From: an uncultured Candidatus Saccharibacteria bacterium
GTDB taxonomy: Bacteria; Patescibacteriota; Saccharimonadia; Saccharimonadales; JAGQNJ01
Assembly (NCBI GenBank): GCA_965231045.1
Contig: OZ246406.1
Coordinates: 52,295-116,294 of the forward strand
Length of the DNA: 64,000 nt
Direction: 5' to 3'
Below the pieces are notes generated by a model that made no database searches, was not told the origin of the DNA, and saw only the letters and a program-made list of their open reading frames with translations. This document shows positions 27,810-37,655 of this stretch, in pieces (the stretch's first letter is position 1; each line of letters opens with the position of its first letter). The translations under genes were made by a program, and so were the position numbers.

Positions 27810-28580
27810 ATGGGGTATACACGATCAGAGCCATATAAACCGGGTCAAACTGAGCCATATAAACTCAGTCGTACACGGATTGATAATTTTATGTGGTGCC
27901 CACGCTGTTTTTGGCTAGAAGAAAGACTTAAAATTAAACGTCCAAGTTCGCCACCGTTCCGAATTAACTCGGCAATCGATGAACTACTAAAGAAAGAATT
28001 CGACTCTTTTCGGGCTAAGAACGAACCACACCCAATAATGGTTGAATTTGGCGTTGATGCCACACCGTTTTCTCACGACAATCTAGATAAATGGCGCCAA
28101 AATTTTGTAGGTGTTCAGGCGCTGCATGAGCCGACAAATCTGCTTATTTTTGGTGCCGTTGATGACATCTGGGTTAAGGATAACGGCGAATTAATAGTCG
28201 TTGACTACAAAGCGACGGCTAAAGAATCAGAAGTAAATATCGATTCTGATTGGCAGATTATGTACAAACGCCAGATGGAAGTTTATCAGTGGTTGTTGCG
28301 CCAAAATGGATTCAATGTAAGTGATACTGGCTACTTTGTATACGCCAATGGTCGTTTGGACCTCGATGGCTTTTTTGATAAGGTTGAGTTTAGAACAAAG
28401 ATTATTGAATATACAGGTGATGATTCATGGATTGAGCCAACACTCAAGAAAATGAAAAAATGCTTAGAAGGTGATATGCCTCCAGTGGGCAAGGCAGTGA
28501 TGGGTGGCGAATGTGATTATTGTGCCTACGCCAAAAAACGCACAGAATTGACGTTAAAACACCTAAAAACTAGCAAATAG
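27810..28580 (+). CDS. PD-(D/E)XK nuclease, Cas4/RecB-like, with four-Cys cluster
   Basis: FGAVDDIW...LIVVDYKAT (D...D/ExK), QMEVYQWLL (QxxxY). CPRC near the N-terminus and CDYC near the C-terminus. Confidence 0.7.
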   Translation: MGYTRSEPYKPGQTEPYKLSRTRIDNFMWCPRCFWLEERLKIKRPSSPPFRINSAIDELLKKEFDSFRAKNEPHPIMVEFGVDATPFSHDNLDKWRQNFVGVQALHEPTNLLIFGAVDDIWVKDNGELIVVDYKATAKESEVNIDSDWQIMYKRQMEVYQWLLRQNGFNVSDTGYFVYANGRLDLDGFFDKVEFRTKIIEYTGDDSWIEPTLKKMKKCLEGDMPPVGKAVMGGECDYCAYAKKRTELTLKHLKTSK

Positions 28581-28596
28581 AGGGTATAATAGAAGT

Positions 28597-29841
28597 ATGT
28601 TAGATATTCAGTTTATTCGTGAAAATCAAAAACTGGTCGAGGAGAAAGCAAAACAAAAGAACATCAACATCGATGTAAACAAGTTACTTGAACTTGATGA
28701 AAAACTGAGGGAATTAACTCCTGTTGTTGATGATCTTCGACATCAAAGGCGTGAAAATGCTGAGGCGGCCAAAGGCCAAAAGCCAAGCGAAGAAGATATC
28801 AAAAAAGGGCAGCAGATTAAGGATGAGTTAGCCCCTAAAGAAGAAGAGCTTAGTAAGTTACAGGCGGCATATAAGTCTGAGCTAAAGCAAGTTCCAAATA
28901 TCTTTCCAAATGATACTCCACTAGGTGGCGAAGAAGCTAACCGGCCAGAAAAGCAAGTTGGAGAAGCCAGCAAAAAAGCGGTGCTTGATCATGCGACTTG
29001 GGCAGAGCAAAGAGGCTACCTAGATTTTGAACGCGGCGCAAAGGTAGCCGGCAATAAGTTCTACTATCAAAAAGGGGCACTTGTTGAACTTGAACTAGCA
29101 GCTATTCAGCTAGCTATGCAAATTGCTATCAAACATGGCTTTACACCTATGACCGTGCCTCACATGGTTAATGAAAAAACCGCCGAGGGTACTGGCTTTT
29201 CTCCAAGAGGTGAAGAAGATCAAATCTATACAATAGAGAAGGAAGACCTAAGCTTGATTGCCACAGCTGAAATACCAATAACTGGTTATCACAGCGGTGA
29301 AATTTTAAACTCCGATCAGTTACCGATATTGTATGTGGGGTTGAGCCCAGCCTATCGCAAAGAAGCTGGTGCCTATGGTAAGCACAGCAGGGGGCTTTAC
29401 CGTGTTCACCAGTTTAACAAAGTGGAAATGTACGTTTTTTGTCAGCCAGAAGAGAATGAAAAATGGCATCAAAAGCTGATGGAAATCGAAGAAGAACTTT
29501 GCCAAGCCTTTGAAATCCCATATCAGGTTGTTAGAATTGCGGCTGGCGATTTAGGAGCACCTGCTTATAAAAAGTATGATATTGAATACTGGAGCCCCGT
29601 TGATGGTGAATATCGTGAACTAATGAGTTGTTCAAACGTTACTGATTACCAGTCGAGACGTTTAAATATTAAGTACCGCGATGCCAGCGGTAAGACAGAA
29701 TTAGTACATACATTAAATGGAACCGCTATGGCCTTTAGTAGGGTCGCAATTGCCTTGATTGAAAATCATCAAGACAACAACGGTAATGTACGTATACCGA
29801 AAGCATTACAGCCATATATGGGCGGAAAGGAAGAAATATAA
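28597..29841 (+). CDS. serS: Seryl-tRNA synthetase
   Basis: N-terminal coiled-coil arm. Class II motifs RGLYRVHQFNKVE and TLNGTAMAFSR. Confidence 0.95.
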   Translation: MLDIQFIRENQKLVEEKAKQKNINIDVNKLLELDEKLRELTPVVDDLRHQRRENAEAAKGQKPSEEDIKKGQQIKDELAPKEEELSKLQAAYKSELKQVPNIFPNDTPLGGEEANRPEKQVGEASKKAVLDHATWAEQRGYLDFERGAKVAGNKFYYQKGALVELELAAIQLAMQIAIKHGFTPMTVPHMVNEKTAEGTGFSPRGEEDQIYTIEKEDLSLIATAEIPITGYHSGEILNSDQLPILYVGLSPAYRKEAGAYGKHSRGLYRVHQFNKVEMYVFCQPEENEKWHQKLMEIEEELCQAFEIPYQVVRIAAGDLGAPAYKKYDIEYWSPVDGEYRELMSCSNVTDYQSRRLNIKYRDASGKTELVHTLNGTAMAFSRVAIALIENHQDNNGNVRIPKALQPYMGGKEEI

Positions 29842-30200
29842 TGATAGCTAAGATGGAGATTAGTGGTGTTCATACGGATATTGATAATGACCTCCGCAAA
29901 TATGTAACCAAGAAAATTGGTCGTATGGATCGATACTTGCCTAAGGCCGCTCGAGACTCAGCTCACGCCGAAGTTCAGCTAAAGGAAGGTAAAGCCAAAG
30001 ATAAGAAACAATGCACCTGTGAAGTTGTATTGAGGTTGCCTCAAGATACCATTACAGTGAAAGAAACAACTCTCAACATGTTTGCAGCCGTAGATATTGT
30101 CGAGACAAAACTTAAGAATCAAATCAAGAAGTATAAGGATAAACACGGGGTCAAACGAGTACCACGTCGTTTGTTGACTAAAATACGTTCGCGCAAGTAG
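29841..30200 (+). CDS. hpf: Ribosome hibernation promoting factor (short HPF/RaiA)
   Basis: 119 aa. ISGVHTDIDNDLRKYVTKKIGRMDRYL matches the sigma-54-modulation/HPF fold. Precedes secA as in Bacillus. Confidence 0.8.
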   Translation: MIAKMEISGVHTDIDNDLRKYVTKKIGRMDRYLPKAARDSAHAEVQLKEGKAKDKKQCTCEVVLRLPQDTITVKETTLNMFAAVDIVETKLKNQIKKYKDKHGVKRVPRRLLTKIRSRK

Positions 30201-30262
30201 TCGGTTATACGATACAATAGAGGCCGACCGTATTGATATATTGGTGAGTAAACAGGGGATAC

Positions 30263-32896
30263 ATGAAGAAAGTTTTTAAACGTATATTAGGCGATCCACA
30301 GGCACGAACCGTTAAGCGTATGCAACGGCGTGTTAAGGACATTAATGATTTAGCGCCCAAATATAAAAAGATGAGCGACACTAAGCTCAAAGAGCAAACA
30401 GCAGTATTAAAGAAGCGACTTGAAAAAGGTGAGACTCTTGATAGCATATTGCCTGATGCTTTTGCGTTGGTACGTGAAACAGCTGACCGCAAATTAAAAA
30501 TGCGGCACTTTGATGTGCAGCTTGTTGGTGGTATGGCTCTACATGAGGGAAATGTCGCCGAAATGAAAACTGGTGAAGGAAAGACTCTTGTGGCAACTCT
30601 GGCACTTTACCTAAATGCTTTATCGGGCAAGGGCGCACACCTTGTGACAGTTAATGATTATCTAGCTCAGCGTGACGCCGGTTGGATGGCTCCAGTTTAT
30701 GAATTCTTAGGTCTAAGTGTTGGAGTAATTATTCCAGATGAATCATTTATATTCGATAGTAAATTCGAGAATCAAAAGCATGACGATCCTCGATTAAAAC
30801 ATCTCAAACCAGCAACTCGACAAGAAGCTTATGCCGCCGATATTACTTATGGGACAAATAACGAGTTCGGATTCGATTATTTGCGCGACAATATGGTGCG
30901 TGAAGAAGATCAGCTACGCCAGCGTGAACTGCACTATGCGATTGTTGACGAGGTTGACTCAATTTTAATTGACGAGGCCCGGACGCCACTTATTATTTCA
31001 GCACCGGCGGCGGCTAGTGCAACAGCCTATGAGCAGTTCTCTAAAGTGGCTCGACGACTAAAGGCTGAAAAAGATTATGAGATTGATGAGAAACGCCGAG
31101 CAGTTATATTGACTGACGATGGTGTTGAGGCGGTTGAGAAAGCCCTTGGCATAGAGAGTCTTTATGCTACCGAAAATATCCGAAATATTTATCACCTGGA
31201 GCAAGCTCTTAAAGCCGAAGCATTGTTTAAGCGCGACAAGGACTATGTAGTCACAAAAGATGGTGAAGTGGTGATTGTTGATGAGTTTACTGGCCGTTTA
31301 CTGAAAGGGCGTCGATACAACGAGGGATTGCATCAGGCTATTGAAGCTAAGGAAGGTGTTGATGTTCAAGAAGAATCAATGACACTTGCTACAATTAGCT
31401 TCCAAAACTATTTCCGTTTGTATGAAAAACTTTCTGGTATGACGGGTACTGCCGTTACTGAAGCTGAAGAATTTCATCAGATTTACGAACTAGATGTTTT
31501 GGAGATCCCACCAAACCGAAAGGTAATTCGTGAAGATAGGCCAGATCGAATTTATAAAACTGAGGATGCTAAGTTTAAAGCCATCGTTCGTGAGCTAAAA
31601 GTACTCCATCAAAAAGGCCAACCAGTATTGATCGGAACAGTGTCTATTGAGAAAAACGAACAACTTAGTCGAATGCTCAAGAAAGCTGGTGTTCCACACC
31701 AAATCCTTAATGCTAAAAATAACGAAAAAGAGGCCAGTATTGTGGCTAAGGCTGGACAAAAGGGTGCAGTGACCTTAGCTACGAACATTGCCGGTCGTGG
31801 TACAGATATTGTCTTAGATAAAGATGCCAAGAAAGCTGGCGGGTTATTTATTTTAGGTAGCGAGCGACACGAGTCCCGACGAATTGATAATCAGCTTCGT
31901 GGGCGGGCAGGTCGTCAAGGTGACCCGGGTGTCAGCCAGTTCTTCGTTTCTTGCGAAGACGACTTGATGCGTATATTCGGTGGTGAACGAATCCAGAGCT
32001 TGATGGAAATGAGCAAGTTGGACGATGAGACGCCGATTGAGAACCGGATTATTTCGCGTAGCCTAGAGACTGCTCAGAAGAAAGTTGAAGGCTTTAACTT
32101 CGATCAACGTAAAAATGTTGTTCAGTACGACGATGTTATGAATCGACACCGAAAGGCAGTCTATACTATTCGTCGTAAAATGCTTGTCCAGCCAGACATG
32201 AAACCGCGTATCCAAGCGCTTATTGATGAAGAGGCCGAGGCTTTGGCTAATTCACCAAAGATTCATTCAGAAGATTTTGAATCAATGGTAACTCATGTGT
32301 TTCCGTTTGATAGTAAAACCCTAGATAAATTGTTCGATAGTGAAGCCGAACAGTTTGGCAAAAAGCTCAAGAAAGAGGCCGATAAACTATATGCGAAGCA
32401 AGAAGAAGCCTTCACCACAGAAATTATGCGAAAAATTGAACGGGATGTTTACTTACAGGCACTTGATAACTTATGGATGGAGCACCTAGAAAATATGGAC
32501 CATCTTCGAGAAGGTATCCATTGGATTAGTGTTGGACAACGTGATCCGCTTGTTGAGTATCGTCGCCAAAGTCAGATTCTATTCGATGAGATGCAAGGGA
32601 CCTTGCGTCACGAAGTGGTTAAGACTTTATTCCATGCGCGACCAATTAGTGAGGATGAGCTTGATGAGCCTGCCGAAACCGAGCTAACTAGGGCAGCTCG
32701 CCAAGCAGTTGATAATGCCGACAGAATCATAGATGTAGATGAATTCGAAGAAACCGATTTTGTAAGTGGGCCAGTGCAGGGTGCTAGTAGCGCGGTTACA
32801 TCTGCTTCACCAACCAAAAAAGTTACAAGCCAAAAAAATCGTAAAAAAGCCCGAAAAGCAGAACGAAAACGACGAGCAAAAGGCCGCAAACACTAG
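30263..32896 (+). CDS. secA: Preprotein translocase ATPase SecA
   Basis: MKTGEGKTLVATL Walker A, DEVDSILIDEARTPLIIS, TNIAGRGTDI. 877 aa with a basic C-terminal tail lacking the Cys-rich zinc finger. Confidence 0.97.
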   Translation: MKKVFKRILGDPQARTVKRMQRRVKDINDLAPKYKKMSDTKLKEQTAVLKKRLEKGETLDSILPDAFALVRETADRKLKMRHFDVQLVGGMALHEGNVAEMKTGEGKTLVATLALYLNALSGKGAHLVTVNDYLAQRDAGWMAPVYEFLGLSVGVIIPDESFIFDSKFENQKHDDPRLKHLKPATRQEAYAADITYGTNNEFGFDYLRDNMVREEDQLRQRELHYAIVDEVDSILIDEARTPLIISAPAAASATAYEQFSKVARRLKAEKDYEIDEKRRAVILTDDGVEAVEKALGIESLYATENIRNIYHLEQALKAEALFKRDKDYVVTKDGEVVIVDEFTGRLLKGRRYNEGLHQAIEAKEGVDVQEESMTLATISFQNYFRLYEKLSGMTGTAVTEAEEFHQIYELDVLEIPPNRKVIREDRPDRIYKTEDAKFKAIVRELKVLHQKGQPVLIGTVSIEKNEQLSRMLKKAGVPHQILNAKNNEKEASIVAKAGQKGAVTLATNIAGRGTDIVLDKDAKKAGGLFILGSERHESRRIDNQLRGRAGRQGDPGVSQFFVSCEDDLMRIFGGERIQSLMEMSKLDDETPIENRIISRSLETAQKKVEGFNFDQRKNVVQYDDVMNRHRKAVYTIRRKMLVQPDMKPRIQALIDEEAEALANSPKIHSEDFESMVTHVFPFDSKTLDKLFDSEAEQFGKKLKKEADKLYAKQEEAFTTEIMRKIERDVYLQALDNLWMEHLENMDHLREGIHWISVGQRDPLVEYRRQSQILFDEMQGTLRHEVVKTLFHARPISEDELDEPAETELTRAARQAVDNADRIIDVDEFEETDFVSGPVQGASSAVTSASPTKKVTSQKNRKKARKAERKRRAKGRKH

Positions 32897-32905
32897 CTAA
32901 AATCT

Positions 32906-34189
32906 ATGAAACACACCGTCCACGAAATTAGTCTTAAAAATGGCGCCAAAGGCCTTTTAATACATATTCCTGATGCCAGTGTAATGACTTTCGAGTTTAA
33001 TTTTAGAGCCGGTGAATACTTAGTGAAACGCAACAAGTGGGAGACACCACATCTTATGGAGCATATCTTGCTTGGAGCAAACGAGCTGTATCCGCGAGCG
33101 CGAGATTTCCAAGCTGAACTCGAGAAAAATGGTGCCTATGGCAATGCTTCCACAGGTACATATGACATTACATATGAGGCAGAGTGTGCGGACTTTGAGT
33201 GGGATCGAATATTCGGTTTGTTACTTGTGGCTATCACACAGCCTTTGTTCTTGGCTGAAGAATTTCAAGCTGAATTCGGTAATGTAAGAGAGGAATTAAC
33301 CGCACGATCAAACAATCATTTTAGACACTTAAGTCTTAAGTTGCGTGAAAAATACGGCTTCAAGGTAATGACAGATCAAGAACGTCTTACTAAGATGGAA
33401 AATGTAACGCTTGAGGATGTTCAAGCCCACTACAAAGCAACGCACACTAGCGATAACTTACGTTTTGTTATCGGTGGTAACTTAAATGCCGATAGACGAA
33501 GGAGCCTGGAAAAACTCTTAGAGGAATTAAATCTACCCCAAGCTAAAGGACGACGAGCATTGCCTGATGAACGACCTAAAGTGCTAAAAAAACCTTTATA
33601 TATTCATAATGATACCGTTGAAAATCTGTACTTTTATGTGGATACATTTATGCAAAGACGTATGCACGACAAAGAAGTTGACGCTCTTTCAATAGCCAAT
33701 ATTATTTTAACTGAAACACTTCATTCACGTATTTTTGGTACGGCCCGCGAAAAAGGCTTGGTTTATGGCATGAGTTCTCATTACGGTCAGGCGGCAACAA
33801 GTAGTAACTGGTGGTTTGGCGCCCAAGTTATGCCTAAAAACGTGCCGGCACTAATGGAAATTATGATTCGGGAAATATTAGATTTAAGAGCAGGTAAGTT
33901 AGACAATGCTGACTTTGAGGCGGCCAAGCAATATGCACTGGGGCGCTATCAAAGGAGTGCCCAAACAGTTGGGGGTACGGCCGGGGGTTATGCGGGGCGG
34001 TTCTTTTTTGACGAGGTTATTGATGACTACTACAAAGTTCCAGAACGTATTGAGGCGGTCAGTCGAAAGCAACTCATTGAGATCACAAACGCCTTGTTTG
34101 AGCCAGGTATCGGCGGTTTTGGAGTTTTAGGGAGTTGTGGGGAAGAATTTACCCAAACTTTACAGCAACAATTAAAGGCTTTGTGGTAA
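32906..34189 (+). CDS. M16 (pitrilysin/insulinase) family zinc peptidase
   Basis: Inverted zinc motif HLMEH (HxxEH) at the expected N-terminal position. 427 aa. Confidence 0.8.
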   Translation: MKHTVHEISLKNGAKGLLIHIPDASVMTFEFNFRAGEYLVKRNKWETPHLMEHILLGANELYPRARDFQAELEKNGAYGNASTGTYDITYEAECADFEWDRIFGLLLVAITQPLFLAEEFQAEFGNVREELTARSNNHFRHLSLKLREKYGFKVMTDQERLTKMENVTLEDVQAHYKATHTSDNLRFVIGGNLNADRRRSLEKLLEELNLPQAKGRRALPDERPKVLKKPLYIHNDTVENLYFYVDTFMQRRMHDKEVDALSIANIILTETLHSRIFGTAREKGLVYGMSSHYGQAATSSNWWFGAQVMPKNVPALMEIMIREILDLRAGKLDNADFEAAKQYALGRYQRSAQTVGGTAGGYAGRFFFDEVIDDYYKVPERIEAVSRKQLIEITNALFEPGIGGFGVLGSCGEEFTQTLQQQLKALW

Positions 34190-34250
34190 TTTGAAAAACC
34201 ATAAGCATAAGAGTACACTAGATTTAACTAGTGCCTAAGAGGGGAATAGA

Positions 34251-34751
34251 ATGGATCCAAATAACCAGCAGAATCAACCTATGCCACCTGCGATGCCGCA
34301 GATGCCACAAGATCAAGGAGGTGGCTTGCCACCATCAATGCCAAATCCATTGCCACCAGAACCAGTAGCGCCAGCCATGCCTGCTACTCCTCCAGTTGAT
34401 AATTTTGGGGCTGATCCTGGCTTAGCAGCTATGCCCCCAACACCAGCAGCCCCAGTTGCACCAGCGTTTCCTGAGCAGCCAGCGGCTATGCCACCAGAAC
34501 CATCTCCAATGCTCGGAACAGACCCTATGGCAGGTGGATTACCTCAACAGTCAGACCAACAATCGCCAGCTCCAGTGGGTATGCCAAGCGTAGAACCGAC
34601 ATCACCAAATCCAATGGCAATGCCTCCAGCTGATATGGCAACAAGTGTTCATGGTGGCGGCGGGGCATCAAAGAAGATAATTGGTGTGCTCCTAATACTT
34701 TTTGCCCTTGTTGTTCTCGCGGGACTTATTATTGTCATCTTCAAAAAATAA
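34251..34751 (+). CDS. Pro/Met/Ala-rich low-complexity protein with C-terminal TM anchor
   Basis: About 135 aa of reiterated (A/P)MP-type motifs, then one helix IIGVLLILFALVVLAGLIIVIF followed by KK. No signal peptide. Confidence 0.6.
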   Translation: MDPNNQQNQPMPPAMPQMPQDQGGGLPPSMPNPLPPEPVAPAMPATPPVDNFGADPGLAAMPPTPAAPVAPAFPEQPAAMPPEPSPMLGTDPMAGGLPQQSDQQSPAPVGMPSVEPTSPNPMAMPPADMATSVHGGGGASKKIIGVLLILFALVVLAGLIIVIFKK

Positions 34752-34795
34752 TCAAAAAAACTATAGTTAGTAATAGATTGTTATAATCTATAACT

Positions 34796-35881
34796 ATGCA
34801 TGATCTTGCAAAACGCACAGCCGCACTAATTGATGCCATTTCAGCTGCCACCAAGCAGATCAAACTTGATCAATTAAAAGATGATCTAAGTAGCTTGACT
34901 GCCAAAATGGCCAGTCCTGATTTTTGGTCTGACCAGCAAGCTGCCCAGTCGATTAGCAAACAACACGCACAGCTTGAATCACGTATTCATCCCTGGGAAG
35001 ATCTATTAAAAGAGAGCCAGGAACTCCAGGAACTGGTTCAGCTTGATGATAATAAATTAGCCGATGATCTAGAGAAGCAATATAACAAAACTATTAAAGA
35101 TTTTGAGGCACTAAAGACAGAATTGCAGTTTTCGGGTCCGTTTGATAGCCACAATGTAATTTTGCAACTTCATGCTGGGGCAGGTGGTACGGATGCTCAA
35201 GATTGGGCGCAAATGCTAATGAGAATGTATGTACGTTGGGCGGAAGCACATAACTATAGTGTGGAAGTCATTGATCAATCAGCGGGCGAAGAAGCGGGGA
35301 TTAAAAGCGCGACGCTAGAAATTGCAGGATCCTTTATATATGGCAAGCTAAAGGGAGAGCATGGTGTTCATCGCTTAGTGAGGCTAAGCCCATTTAACTC
35401 CGATAATCTTAGACAAACTAGCTTTGCGAAGGTTGAGATCTTACCAGTTATCGATAAGCCGGATGAGCTTGAGCTCGACGATAAAGACCTAAAGATTGAT
35501 GTTTATCGTAGTGGGGGTCACGGTGGGCAATCGGTGAATACAACTGATTCAGCAGTACGAGTTACTCATATACCAACTGGTATAACTGTCGCTATTCAAA
35601 ACGAACGCTCTCAGCTCCAAAATAAAGAAACAGCTATGACTATTTTGCGATCTCGTCTAGCACAACTTCAGCTTGAACAACATAAAGAAAAAATTGCTGA
35701 AATAAAAGGGCCAAATCAATCAGCCGAGTGGGGAAATCAGATTAGAAGTTACGTACTACACCCTTATAAGCAAGTGAAAGACTTGCGCACGCGTTACGAG
35801 AGCAGTGACCCAGATAAAGTCCTGTCAGGTGACCTCGATCCGTTTATAAAAGCCTACCTAGAACAAACACTTAGTCACTAA
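34796..35881 (+). CDS. prfB: Peptide chain release factor 2, encoded in one continuous frame
   Basis: SPF tripeptide (LVRLSPFNSD), GGQ ([20 protein letters not shown]). The N-terminal region is in frame, with no CTT-TGA shift site. Confidence 0.95.
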   Translation: MHDLAKRTAALIDAISAATKQIKLDQLKDDLSSLTAKMASPDFWSDQQAAQSISKQHAQLESRIHPWEDLLKESQELQELVQLDDNKLADDLEKQYNKTIKDFEALKTELQFSGPFDSHNVILQLHAGAGGTDAQDWAQMLMRMYVRWAEAHNYSVEVIDQSAGEEAGIKSATLEIAGSFIYGKLKGEHGVHRLVRLSPFNSDNLRQTSFAKVEILPVIDKPDELELDDKDLKIDVYRSGGHGGQSVNTTDSAVRVTHIPTGITVAIQNERSQLQNKETAMTILRSRLAQLQLEQHKEKIAEIKGPNQSAEWGNQIRSYVLHPYKQVKDLRTRYESSDPDKVLSGDLDPFIKAYLEQTLSH

Positions 35882-35920
35882 GGTTGGCTTATAAGCAATA
35901 GCATTGCTATAATAGGACAC

Positions 35921-36601
35921 GTGATTTTACTCGATCGAGTTACCAAAATATACAACCGAACAAATGTTGCCTTGGATCGTGCTAGTCTGCATGTCGAACC
36001 AAAGGAATTCGTTATTATTGTTGGGCCTAGTGGCGCCGGTAAATCAACATTTTTAAAGTTGTTAACCCGCGAAGAACGTCCAAATAGTGGCAAGATTATT
36101 GTTGGTGGTATCGATTACGATCATCTTAAAGATCGTGATATCCCACTGTTACGCCGAAAAATTGGCGTTGTGTTCCAGGACTTTAAGCTTCTACCAAACA
36201 AAACAGCTTATGAAAATGTTTCATTTGCTTTGGAGATTGTGGGCATGGGAAATAGTGAGATAAAACATACCGTTCCAAGAGTTTTGCAGATCGTTGGTCT
36301 TACTGGCAAAGAACAAAACTACCCATATGAGCTATCAGGTGGGGAACGACAACGTGTGGCCATCGCTAGAGCGATTGCCCGACAACCAAAGATTCTTATT
36401 GCCGACGAACCGACGGGTAACCTTGACCCAAAGCATGCTTGGGATGTTATTAAGGTATTGGAAAAGGTTAATAAGTACGGCACAACAGTAATTCTTACGA
36501 CTCATAACCAAGAAATTGTGAATAAGCTAAAAAGACGGGTAATTACTGTAAAAGACGGCAAAATTGTCAGTGATCGAGCTAATGGGGAGTACAAGGCCTA
36601 A
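35921..36601 (+). CDS. ftsE: Cell-division ABC ATPase FtsE
   Basis: [37 protein letters not shown] start. Followed by ftsX. Confidence 0.9.
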   Translation: MILLDRVTKIYNRTNVALDRASLHVEPKEFVIIVGPSGAGKSTFLKLLTREERPNSGKIIVGGIDYDHLKDRDIPLLRRKIGVVFQDFKLLPNKTAYENVSFALEIVGMGNSEIKHTVPRVLQIVGLTGKEQNYPYELSGGERQRVAIARAIARQPKILIADEPTGNLDPKHAWDVIKVLEKVNKYGTTVILTTHNQEIVNKLKRRVITVKDGKIVSDRANGEYKA

Positions 36602-37581
36602 TGAAACGTAAGTTAATAACTCTCTGGCGAATTATTAAGGCTGGTATGGTTAACTTTATTCGCAATGCCTGGCTAGCTATTGCGGCCATGGCGGTGATGG
36701 TGATTACGCTTACTATTGTCCTATTTTCAGTAATTGCAAATGCCACATTCACAGAAACTGTCAGACAAATAACTGATAAGATTGATGTCTCGGTGTATTT
36801 AAAAGATGATGTAAACAAAAAACAAACCGATAATTTAATCTCTCAAGTGAAAGGTATACCAAACGTTAAGTCTGTTGAATATGTATCAAAAGAGGAAGCT
36901 CTAAAACGCTATCAAGCGCAAAACAAAGATAACTTAGATCTGTTATTAGCTATATCACAAACTGATAACCCGCTGCCGGCCAGTTTGCAGATTAAGCCAA
37001 AGGATCCAAATAATATTCAACAAATAAAAGATTTTCTTGAACGTAAGGATATAAAAAATCTTCAGTCTGAAGAAACTTCTTATTCAGGTGATCGTAAAGA
37101 GGCCATTGATAAAATTACCCAAGCCACTAAGTTTTTCCGCGAAGCCGGGTTCGTAGGAGTGGTCATATTTGCCGTGATATCAATGTTGATTATCTTTAAT
37201 ACTATAAGAATGGCTATCTTTAACCGGCGTGATGAGCTATCGATAATGCGATTACTTGGCGCCAGCACTTGGTATATCAGGGGGCCATTCGTTGTAGAGA
37301 CGGTTATATATGGAATAGTTGCGGCTATTGTTTCGGTGACTATATGTAACTTGTTGTTCACGGTTAGTTCCTCGGCGTTTGGGGCGAGTAGCCTAGGATT
37401 ACTAGACATTACCTACGCCAATAATTACTTCGCGCAGCACTTCTGGGTCATATTGCTTGTGCAAATGATAATTGGTATTCTTATAGGTGCGACTTCATCA
37501 GTAATTGCTACTAGAAGATATCTGAAATTCAAGCCAAGTCGTTCGAGAAAAATATCCCGCAAAAAAACCACAACACAATAA
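36601..37581 (+). CDS. ftsX: Cell-division permease FtsX
   Basis: TM1, about 130-aa extracytoplasmic loop, then a 3-TM bundle with RRDELSIMRLLGAS. Start overlaps the ftsE stop. Confidence 0.9.
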   Translation: MKRKLITLWRIIKAGMVNFIRNAWLAIAAMAVMVITLTIVLFSVIANATFTETVRQITDKIDVSVYLKDDVNKKQTDNLISQVKGIPNVKSVEYVSKEEALKRYQAQNKDNLDLLLAISQTDNPLPASLQIKPKDPNNIQQIKDFLERKDIKNLQSEETSYSGDRKEAIDKITQATKFFREAGFVGVVIFAVISMLIIFNTIRMAIFNRRDELSIMRLLGASTWYIRGPFVVETVIYGIVAAIVSVTICNLLFTVSSSAFGASSLGLLDITYANNYFAQHFWVILLVQMIIGILIGATSSVIATRRYLKFKPSRSRKISRKKTTTQ

Positions 37582-37655
37582 TATCAAATATATTGCAAAG
37601 CACAGGAGGGTATGATATTATACTTATGCTTATATATAAACGTACGCGTACAGCG

